DNA of 64,000 bases. Origin: Lepidodermella squamata. Lineage: Eukaryota > Animalia > Gastrotricha. The stretch is from the NCBI GenBank assembly GCA_047495785.1, contig JBLDXI010000026.1, positions 620,001-684,000 on the forward strand, given 5' to 3'. Shown here one piece after another: positions 25,685 to 36,643 of this stretch; position 1 is the stretch's first letter; the number at the start of each line of letters is the position of its first letter. A program made the translations under genes and the position numbers. The notes beneath the pieces are model-generated. The model made no database searches, had not been told where the DNA came from, and saw only the letters and a list, made by a program, of their open reading frames with translations.

Positions 25685-27089
25685 ATGGCGACGAGCATTA
25701 AGGTAGGCGGCGAGGTGCTTTTCCTTATACTGATTACATCTGCTCGCTTTAATTGGGCTAGCTCTCAATTACATGGCTAATTTTCGTCACGGAAGTCTAC
25801 TGCGCCGATTGGAGCGAGAAATATTTTCGTTTCTCAGGTACGTCTAGACAAAACATCCATTAAACGTGACCTTAGAAGTGATTCTCTAAATAGATCCTCT
25901 CATTAACTATTCCCCTCTCAACTATCATTGCGGGGTGTCTTATTTGAGCAATTTCTACCCTGGATCCTCGCCACGTGACTGCGCTTTCTGGTGCGAGGAA
26001 CATGCCGATAAATGTGATGGCTTTTCCTACTTCCAACACTCAGAAGTTTGCGAGCTGAAAAGCAACTGTTCAGCGGTTTCTCTGGGAGAACTTGTAGCTG
26101 GCGCACAATCTTGGCATCGGATCAAAAATCAATTCATCCTAATTTCGATACCTACATCCAGGAAGCAACAGGTAACAACCCCTAGTGGGCAAACGGTACA
26201 TCCTCAATGGGTGAAACGCGAGCCTACAGTGCCATGGGGCTCCTGGACCGATTATTGGATCATCGATAGGTGGGAGCGGAATACAACCCCGGCGCCTAGG
26301 ATAGTAACTAGGTCGACTACAACACCATATCCGACTGAATCGCCATTCATCGCCTTTTTACTTCGGTCCTTGAATATAGGCCTGAAAGATGACATTGGAG
26401 CACCGATCATCCAAAGCCCGCCCCAACCTTCCACCCTAATTTCCGCCAGTGTTTACATGCCGACGCCGAAAAATTGTGGCCGTGAGGTGTTCACCAAGTT
26501 GGGGGTGGCTAATTTCAAGCAGTGCCAGGATGCCTGCGAACGTAATCAACCAGCTTGTGATAGCGTTACTTACAACTCGGTTTATAAGACATGTACCGTC
26601 CGAGAGGATTGTGTAGTCGAATCAACCTATCCTCTTGCCGAAAATGAAGAGGCCTGGCTGAGGTATGCGAGAAGCCCCAGCAACGCCAATTCTGTTGTCT
26701 ATCGAATAGTACCTTCACCAACCTCAAGAACAACAACAACAACTACCACTACTACTACAACCACACCAGCTACTACGACCACCTCGAACGAATTTTTTGC
26801 TAATTTAGTCCGGACTAATCTACCTATGTTGCGAGGTGAGGATCGAAACTCAATTGTTACTCAAAATGGATACAAATTCCTTAACATTGGCTATTTTTGC
26901 GATACAACTCCTTTCCGCGCATTTGGCTCTGTGGAAAGTACAATAGCCTGTGCGAGGCTGTGCGCAATGGACCAGCCGAGATGTTCAACTTTTTCGTATT
27001 CATTCATTCTAAGGCGGTGTAACTTACAAATGTCTTGTTCCAGAATGATGAGTACCGGCAGTTTTCTATCTTGGACTCGGGAGAACTGA
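25685..27089 (+). CDS. G10: signal peptide + three PAN/Apple domains with Thr-rich linkers, no Kunitz
   Basis: Exons 25685-25702, 25762-25837, 25894-27089. Spliced N-terminus MATSIK|LSITWLIFVTEVYCA; three PAN repeats colinear with those of G9; AATAAA at 27112. Confidence 0.85.
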
Positions 27090-27557
27090 TCATTTGCACA
27101 TTGCTTTTTTCAATAAATTTTTGTATGGAACTAAAGGGATATTTTGCTACGCTTTTTATATCTGCGTGAACAATCATGGATAATGACATAAAGTTTTTAT
27201 CATTTAAAACAATTGGTTTCGTCAAAAAGACTTGCGGTTTTGCTCTCGTCGGCTATTATACTCCATCTATGCTACTGTTTTATCATCTTGATAGCAGCGG
27301 CTCACATTATCACAGAGGCCCACGGGATTTGGTGCGCTGCTGCTGCTTGTGCGCACGTAATTGGTGTCAACTCGCGGCTGTGTGATGCGCACAACTCACG
27401 CGCATTTTGTGTTTACCACCTCATGATAAAGGCAGCAAAACAACCGCAAAGTCTCACTACCCACCGTGCGCGTGAAAAGTGAGTCGCTTGTCAAGTTTTT
27501 GTGACTTTCAAACATTGACGCATTAGATAAAATGACTAGAACGTACATAACGGCACG

Positions 27558-30500
27558 ATGAATCTTGTTCTGTTAACTCTCCTTCTCTGCAAAGCCAGTT
27601 TTTCTTCTGCAGTAGGCGTGGAAGCTGTAAAAAACGAATTCCCTTTCTTGGTAAAATAAATATTAGTTTTTTATTATTTTCGTATTAATTTTCGGGTTTA
27701 AAGGTGAGATTGGAAATTTCTTATAGCCCTTCAAAGCATTTCGCGAACTGCGGAGCCGTCATTTTGTCGGATAATTTTCTACTGACAGCCGCCCATTGCT
27801 TTTTCCAAAATGGTTTGAGGGCTTCGAGGTTAGTTCCCTCTTCTTCATTTCGAACCGCATTACAAAACAAATCATTCTAGGGCTCTATTGAATTTCGGAA
27901 ATCATGACACAAATATCATCAATGAACCTGGTGAATTTTACAAAACGCTCGACCTCGTTTACGGCCTTAACGTTATGATTCATCCGAAATTCAACTCGAG
28001 TTCTTTTTACAACTACGATTTCGCTTTATTGAGGCTGTACGACGACCAACGGTTGACAAATTACACTTCGATGACTGCAGGCGCGGTCACGCTGCCTAGT
28101 TACAACAAATGCAGCACGATTTACTCACCGTTAACGCGAGAAGTCGATACCTGTGTCGGGGTTATTGTTGTTGGCTGGTCGATAACCGGTAGATCTGTCT
28201 CGAAAACTCTGAAAAAGAGCCCCATGCCTGTTCAACCGTTTGAAAACTGCGAAAATTCAACCCGATCTTATTCAGAGGCGAAAACTTGCATTGGAAATGC
28301 GAAAGCTGGTCGAATCCCGGATGACGAAGCCTGCCCGGCGTTATGCACTCGGAATTCCCTGTCTTCTTCGCCCTTCCTATTGGGCCTATCATCCTATGGT
28401 AGCGGAAAATGTGGAACATTAGACGCGGATGAGTCATTATCAGTATATGCAAGAGTTTGTGCCGGCCTTCCATGGATTAGGAAACACATCGGAGGAGAAA
28501 TTGAGCCAAACTTTGTCAAACAAAGATTAGTTGAAACTTCTAGCGTGGCGCAACCAGATACAACTACGCCAGCGACTAGAGCGACTCCTAATTTCTGGCC
28601 AAATTTCTCTGCTCGGAAACTTTTGATCGAGGCTAATCACACCTGGAATTTCTTCGGGGAAACCATTCGGCCAGTTGTTACCCAGCCTGCTATGCCAGCA
28701 CTTTTTGCTCAGTTTTTAAGGCCAGTTACCACGAGATTGCCGATTCCTGAGGCCACAGTTGCTCCAAAGCCTCAAAACGACCTGGCATCACCTTCTCAGC
28801 CGAAAGGAAGATGCCTAATTCCTTTGATTAAAGACGTCGACTATGGCAACTGTGGTTTTGCAACCCGTTTTACTTATAACACGACTATGAAGCAGTGCAT
28901 TCAATTTGTGGGCTGTTACAATCCTATGGGGAACAATTTCCCTTCACTGCCCGATTGTATCAGAGAATGCAATGTCAACATCGATTATGCCGTTATCCTT
29001 GCAATGCTGACCTCGGAAAATAACGACTTGCCACGGTCAAATGCGATTGATGACGCGGCAATTGTTCCTAATAACACCGAATCCCCGAAAATTCCGGTTT
29101 GTACGTTGTACCCTGTTGTAGGGGTTGATTTCGGGACTTGCCAGAGCGGTCAGTCGATCTCCAAGCGGTACTTTTGGAATAAAGCTACCGGGAAATGCGT
29201 CGCTTTCCCCGGATGTCCAAGTGATAACGGCAATAACTTTGAAAATCTGGATGAGTGCATCAAGTTCTGCCGCCCTCAGTCTGAAAGTAAGTCTCAAGAC
29301 TCATGATTTTTTTCAATCTAAAGTTTATTGCTATTTAGGATGCAGGAAGAGCATGCTGTTGGAAATGGATTTCGGCAAAAGCTGTGAAAATTCCGAGCGG
29401 TACTACTACAACACTGCCACGAATCAATGCTACGGCTTTACAGACTGTGTATCAGCTGATAGCGAGCCCACGAGCTTCTCTACAAAATCTGAGTGTGATT
29501 TTGAGTGCGTCTTCCGGGCAGACCCTGAAGAGCTCAAATCCTCAACTGATTCAGCCATGCTAATCCCCGCAACCGTTACTCCCCAATCCGAGCTATTTCA
29601 ATTATTAACGAGGCAACTTTTGACAAACCCGACCACATCCCCAACTACAACAACTGTTGCGACTACAACGGTTGTAAAAAGTGTTGAGCCTGACCCAAGA
29701 TGTGCCCTCGTCCCTAAACGAGGCTCAGACTTTGGAAACTGCACCGGTGACAGTTCCTTAGTACGGTCCTACTGGAATCGAGCTAGGTACAAGTGTCTCC
29801 TGTTCCGAGGCTGTGAAAATCCTGACGGTAATAACTGGGACGATCTTGACGAGTGCAAAACAAAATGCGAAACTGGTGCGCTCGAAGACCTAAAAGCGTC
29901 AGAAGGCAACATTGAATTGATTGATAGACGTAAGTTTGGTTTCCTATATAATGAATTCCTTTAATGAACTGAATAGGCTGCTCTACTCCTTTGGTGCGAA
30001 ATGTTGACTACGGTGGTTGTGAGAACTCTATTCGTTACATGTACAACGCAGCAGCGAAGCGATGCGGAAAATTCATGGGCTGCTACAACCCTGGCGGTGG
30101 CAATAACTTTAACAGCCTCGAGCAATGCGGCGAATTTTGCATGACGAGCGAGAAACGATTGGATGATTCAGATGAACAGCCGCTTGACATCGATTGCATG
30201 ACGGCTCCACAGCAAAGTTTCGACTTCGGGACATGCAAAACGGTGCATAGGCGTTACTACTACAGCGCAACGAAGAATCAATGCATTTCGTTCCTTGGAT
30301 GTCCAAAAATCAGTATTTGGAACAATTTCGCTACAAGGGAAGATTGTATAAGGGGATGCATGGCAAATTGCACGACAACTGTTCTTGCCAAATCAAAAGT
30401 GACGAGATCGTTTGTAACAACCACTGCAGTTCAAACCACAACTTCTGATATTCCTTCAACTTCAACAACTGAACCCTCTACAACCACTACAACGAAAGCT

Positions 30501-32253
30501 ACTACTACTACGACTACCCGAGCGACTACGACTACTACCTCAGCTACTACCACTACTACTGCTTCGACAACTTCAACAACTACGACAACAACTTCTACTC
30601 CGAAAACGACTCGGCTAAACTCACCGGCAAGTTTCACTATTCCGAGACGGTCTACAACAAGTAAAGCTACAACCATACCTACGACTACGACTACAACTAC
30701 GTCAACTACGACGACCACAAGTCCGCAACCTGAAATGGAAACTACTGAATACGAGTGGGACATACTCAATGTTCCAACTACGACGTTCACAATACCTCCA
30801 TTGATCGTCTCAGACGAGAGTAACAACGACCAGCTGAAGTATCTGATTGCCCCAAGTAAGCTGTTTGACCTACATAAAGGGTGATTCATTGGTCTTCTTT
30901 TGTATAGGATGTCAAACATTGCCGAGACGGGGCATTGATTACGGAGCCTGTAACAACGTATCCGGTCGAAGATTCTACTACAGCAAGACTGCTCAGATGT
31001 GTCTAGGATTCATCGGATGTCCTAATCCTGATGCTAATAACTGGGACACATTTGACGAGTGCCGCTCAGTTTGCGACCCAATCGTCGCAGTTGCACCTCC
31101 AGCGACGGAGAACTTGGATCGTAAGGCCGTTGTGTAACCTTCGGGAAATTGAATTGAAGATTCGTTTTAGAATGCAAGCAAAAGCTACAGCGAGATGTTG
31201 ATTTCGGACCTCTCTGTCTCACAAACTCGCGATTCACGTTCAACAACGAGCTTCAAAGGTGCGAGGCGTTTCTCGGCTGCAAAGTCGATGGATCTGGGAA
31301 TAATTTCGAATCGTTAGAAGCTTGCAATGCCAAATGTCAGAAACCGCAAACCGGTAGTGTAGCTGTCATACCTGCCCCTGTACCAAAAGGTAACTCATCC
31401 TAAAGTATTTGAACTTATTTGTTTCAATTTTTACCTAGAACCTTGCGTGGCACAGCTTCAGACTGGGGTGGATTTCGGCAATTGTGGAGCTGATAAGAGG
31501 TTCTCTTACAACCCTATCCTTCGAGAATGCATTTCTTTCAATGGCTGTTCGAATTCTAATTCTGGAAACAACTTCGACTCAATCGAACAATGCCGACAAA
31601 TGTGCATGAAACGTGAGCGGAATCTCCCGAATTTTTTTTAAATTAAACGTTATTTTCGTAGAAATTGGTGATACAACCACCGAAACCACGGCTGTTCAAC
31701 CAACCGAGACCACAACTATCCCCAGCAATGTTCAAAGGTGCTCTCAAAGTCCAAAACGAGGTGTCGATTATGGAAATTGCGATAATTCAGTGATAAAATT
31801 CCGCTACTATTGGAATCGTCAGCAAATGAAGTGTCTCGGCTTTATTGGCTGCGAAAATAACGACACTAACAATTTCGACGACCCGAAACAGTGCGAGGCA
31901 ACTTGTAAATCAGTCACCCTGGTTACAACCCTACCCACAACTCTTCCGATCGTCGAACGGACAGGCGCTAAAAGAAGTGCTGAAAAAACGGAACAAAGTA
32001 AAAATGAGAAAAAATGAAAAAAAATTGTTTTAAGATGGATTTTTGTACTTTAGGGTGTCTAATGAATATTCGACCTGGCCTCGACTTTGGCACGTGTCTT
32101 CCAGTTAAACGGTACACTTTCAGCCAGCAAATGGGTCGATGTGGAGTTTTCAATGGTTGCCCGAACGAGCAGAATGACGGCAATAATTTCCCGTCCGAAA
32201 CCGCTTGCATCGCCGCCTGTATAAAACCTGGCAATTTGGTTGTGAAAACTTGA
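27558..32253 (+). CDS. G11: secreted inactive trypsin-fold domain fused to 11 D[FY]G-type Kunitz-like domains and a mucin-like Thr tract (about 1411 aa)
   Basis: Ten exons: 27558-27650, 27704-27828, 27881-29286, 29339-29929, 29977-30855, 30908-31120, 31171-31389, 31439-31612, 31662-31997, 32054-32253, summing to 4236 nt in frame. TAAHC and YDFALLRL are kept; GDSGGP is replaced by IPDDEACPALC. Confidence 0.85.
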
Positions 32254-32569
32254 TAAATTCGACGATGAATTATACTTCGCCCCAGTGAATTGTGAATTCT
32301 TTTCTTGAATAAAAAAAATAAATTATTATCATCTATCGCCCTTGAAAATTCCCTCATTTTTTTTAATTTAAACTCAGGTTTGTGGCTATGTAATTATTTA
32401 TAATAATGGAGAAAATAAACGGAGATGATGTGAAAAGGTTAATTGACTTGTTTTCTCGCAGCCGTTATAATATACCCGCCTGTCTGAGTATATTGCAGCC
32501 AACTATTATATAATTATCACACGAAACAAAAAACATAAGGTTTAAGGGCATTGACTTTTAATCGCACTA

Positions 32570-33973
32570 ATGAGCCTATTTGTCATCCGCAACCTGAACG
32601 CATTCTTCCTGGTCATCGCATTTTATTACTGCGCGGCTGCACTCGCACTTGAACCCGGCGCGTTTAGAGGTATAATTTGTAAACAATAATTTTAATTTAA
32701 TTTAATTCAATTTCGAATAGAGGAAGAACCGCCGCCGCCTCTCAATTATGACTTGGAGTTGGATGACCTGCCTCCGCCGATCGACAATTTGGAAGATGAA
32801 CCGGCTACCCTAAAGCTGAAATCAGCTACGCCCACTCCAGAAATTTCAACCAAACGAAAAAGTTCGATGGCAATTTTGTAGAAAATTAACTAATTATGTT
32901 TATATTTTATAGGTGTCACGACGGGTATTTCTGTGCCTTGAATTCATGCTGAAATAATTTTATTGGGTTATAGGAAATTTTATGGTGATTACGTCTGAAG
33001 TCAAAAAAACGACGAAACCTTCGAGTAAGGAAATACCCAAAAAAGTTTGTTTTTAATAATTTATTTTACCAGGGCTCCAGGTGACCCCGAATTATTACAG
33101 CCGATTTTTATCTTTTCGCAGACCCAGAAATGGTGAGCGTTATTAAGGATGCCTTTCTTTATGTTATCGGTTTAATTATTTCAGAATTATCTGAAGCTGA
33201 TTCTACCGGCGATCAAACCACAACTGCAACAAAGAGTCCACCAATTACGAATGAAAAATCTACGACGCCCAAAATCAGTTTGGACCCAAAATTATGCGCC
33301 AAAGAATTGGTACCTGGGTTGGACTTTGATAAATGCGGCACCGAGCGGAATCGATTCACCTTCAGCACGCTGATCGGAGGGTGTGTACAATTTGTGGGAT
33401 GCGCGAGGCCGGCGGATGCTCTTAAAGGAAATAATTTCGACACCTCCTTAATGTGCCAAATGACGTGTATGGTAGCGAAACCTGGGCCGATTATTCTGGC
33501 TTTCACCTATGCAACAACTCCAGAGCCGAGAGGACCACCAAGAAGCAAGTTTAAAAAATTTGAAATAAAAACTTAATTTCCAGAAAGCTGTAAAAATGTA
33601 GGCAATTTTTGCAATAATAAATTATTAATATTCCCAAATTTTTGAAATTTTTGAAAATTAATTTTTATGGAATTGTAAAATTAAAAAAAAATTAGTTTCA
33701 AGTTTAAATTATAATTAAGTGTTAGGGAAAATAAAAATAAAATTTTTTTATGCCAATTTATTTTCAGGGTGCTTCCGAATGATAATCGACGGTGTTGATT
33801 ACGGTCGATGTGCAATGAATGGCGCTATTGGAAATTTGATTCGGTACTTTTTCAACGCTGAAACAGCTCAATGTCTGCCATACCGAGGCTGCGCTTCAAC
33901 AGACTTGACAACTAACAATTTCAATAATGAATCATCATGCTTATCTACTTGTTCCGCTTTTACGAGACAATGA
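32570..33973 (+). CDS. G12: signal peptide + acidic/Pro/Thr-rich region + two D[FY]G-type Kunitz-like domains
   Basis: Proposed exons 32570-32669, 32721-32861, 32913-32924, 32974-33024, 33073-33132, 33185-33544 (GC donor), 33768-33973, all phase 1. CAKELVPGLDFDKC...CQMTC; CFRMIIDGVDYGRC...CLSTC. The small middle exons are less certain. Confidence 0.75.
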
Positions 33974-34201
33974 TACATTTACGAAAAAACTGACAATATT
34001 ATAAAATAATATAAGTATATGCTGCAAAAAATACCTAGTTGTTAAATATTTTGAGAGTCGAGGTTAATACATGCACCGACAAGGTGATAATCCCAGGCGC
34101 TTATAGTAAGATGTAACACGTCAGGACAGAATTTACAAGCATAAACATTTTATATTACCACGAATGTAAAGCTATTCTCTTCTAATTTTTCACGCTCCAC
34201 A

Positions 34202-36643
34202 ATGATGAAGGCAAAATTTTTAATGGCCATGCTGGTACTAGTTTTCAGATGGGTGCCTGAAACTACGGCTGCTGCGAGATATTTGGACTACACATCACCG
34301 ACCGACCCTCAGGAGCATCCTTGGCTTGTAATAAAAATTTCGAATTTTTTTAAAAAATTTTCAAAACTTTTTAAAGGCCCAACTTCGAATTTCTTTCATC
34401 AACAAACCGCCTAATATTTGCTCCGGAGCGCTGATTTCAGCCAGATTAATTTTAACCGCCGCCCATTGCCTGTCGAAAGACGGAATTTCGGCATCTAGGT
34501 TAATTTTATTGATTTCAAGGCTGATTTCAGCTTTCATCCTGTTATAGGATCAACGTCATTCTAGGCAGTCGCAATTCAAGCCGCCTTAACGAGCCGGGTA
34601 CAATCAATGTCACCCTGGTTGCTAATGTCCTCTCAGTCGCGATCCATCCTAATTTTCAAGTTTTCGGGAGTGGGTACAAGAACGATTTTGCCGTAGTAGC
34701 CCTGCAGAACACGGTTAACCTGACCTCGGCGATTTACCCACTACGGCTGCCTCAGGATGACGTCTGCGAGGCGCAGGGTGACTACCAGGCTAATATTCAA
34801 GACTTCGATTCATGCCTCATGGCTAGTGCTGTAGGCTGGGGCGTGACTTCTAACGGAACTCGGTCTGATACGCCTCGTAAGACTAACATCGCCATGCGGG
34901 CCTACGATTTCTGCACCGATTTCATGTCTGTATCCACCCTGGAATTCTCGCCTGATCTTATGTGTGCCGGCGGCAGTTCAGACGAGGATGATCAGCGGAA
35001 TACGTGCCCTGGCGACGATGGCGGGCCGTTGATTTGTATATCTGGCCCGGCTAATTACCAGTTTTTGCTCGGGGTCTACTCGTATGGCGACCTGCCGTGC
35101 GGGGCGCCGATGGGCGGCGACTACCCGGCCGTCTACGCCAGGGTGTGTGCGGTTAATAACTGGTTGAAAATGATGTTTAATTTATTCCCGGCCGTTTCGA
35201 CGCTGAACCGGATTCCGGAGGCGAATTTTACAACTTCGACTCAAAGCACGGCTCAACCGACTGGGCAGACGCTGGGTATCCTAGACCTAGGCACTACTCG
35301 CCGCCCTACAACTACTACAACAGCATGTACGACCTAGTTTTCAAAAATGAATTGAATTTAGATTATATTTTATCAGCTACGGGAAAGACGGAAGAGGATA
35401 TTTTTGATGTTTTAAATCCGACTACGACTACAGTAAGACCAAGGACCAGAACGACGACAACATCAACGACGACAACTACAACTGCAGCGACTACAACAAG
35501 TGGTATTTATACATACCGTATTTGTTCCTATAAGGCCGGGCTACTAAAATTTCAACCTCGATATTTTGAAATTTTCAAAAAATAATTTTGGTGAATCGTT
35601 TATTTTTGATGTTTTCGTACCGACTTGACTCCTCAACCCTGGGCTACTATTAGTGATGGGCGATCGTTAGTGGATCCGAGCCGATCTAATATCTATAACC
35701 CCTAAGACCTGGGCTAATATTGGAGATGAGAGATTATTGGCGACTTGGTTACTATTGGAACAAATATTGGAGGTGAATAATGTGGGACGTGTTCGCATCA
35801 AGTTGTAGATCGTCCACATTCCAGATGAGGGCAACAAGAGAAATGGCAAAAAATCATCAAAAAACGAAGAGGTTTCCCGGATTATTCCAATAATTTCGCG
35901 CGCAAACCATGAGTTATTTGAATCTATGGTGCAGATCTGACCCCGAAATTCTCAAGTTATTCTTCGAAAATCGATTAAATTTCGAAATTCGCGAGCTCAT
36001 GGCGATATTTTTTATTTAATCTTGGTCGTCCAAATGCGTGTTTGCTTCCTTCTATAATTTTTTTAATTATTTTGATCATAACCCTGAATATCGGTCAAAA
36101 TGTATGTTGTATTTTTCGCAAAATCCTGGTTTTATCCGGATTTTTCTCATTTAACTTCGAAGTTACGCCAGAGGCTTCAACAACTCCGTCGGCAGCGACG
36201 ACTCAAATTCCAATAAATACGACTACACGAGCTTCAACAACTACAACAAGGATAAATGGTAAAATGGAGATTCTAACCAAAAAAAATTAATTTTTTGATT
36301 ATTCAATATAGTTATTGTGCCGATAAATGCTCCCCCATCTCCCCCTATTCGTCCAACGTCAAGTTAGTCTTAGTCTAATGGTTTCGTCGTCGAAACTGCC
36401 TTTCTTTTTCATTTTTTAGGATGTGCAAAGCCGATACCATCCGAGCCAATCATCTGCACCCGCGCATTTTCGACCCGCTACTACTACAACACAGCCCGAA
36501 AAACGTGTGAATCCTACCGAGGCTGCTTGTTATCCGCTAAGGAAGAAGCCGAAGTGCTCGACAACGACTTCTCATCACTTGTTTCGTGCCGCGTCGCCTG
36601 CGCCACCGCCTCAAGTTCCATCATTAACACCGATTACCGATAA
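34202..36643 (+). CDS. G13: secreted trypsin-fold pseudoprotease (Ser195->Asp) + Thr-rich stalk + one C-terminal Kunitz-like domain
   Basis: Exons 34202-34327, 34377-34498, 34548-35326, 35377-35502, 36163-36258, 36420-36643. HPWL|AQL, CSGALI...TAAHC, NDFAVVAL, CPGDDGGP. The last exon, in a frame not in the ORF track, reads CAKPIPSEPIICTRAFSTRYYYNTARKTCESYRGC...NDFSSLVSCRVAC. AATAAA at 36646. Confidence 0.85.

Noticed and set aside
30431-30919. Poly-Val hydrophobic ORF on the minus strand
   Set aside because: Antisense of the (ACN)n Thr tract in G11 exon 5; the same applies to 6210..6395.
2226-36643. Calling the array a venom locus or an operon
   Set aside because: The domain content fits venom but also mucus, cuticle or egg coat. 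Most genes have their own AATAAA and 0.2-2.6 kb spacers, and there is no evidence here for polycistronic transcription.
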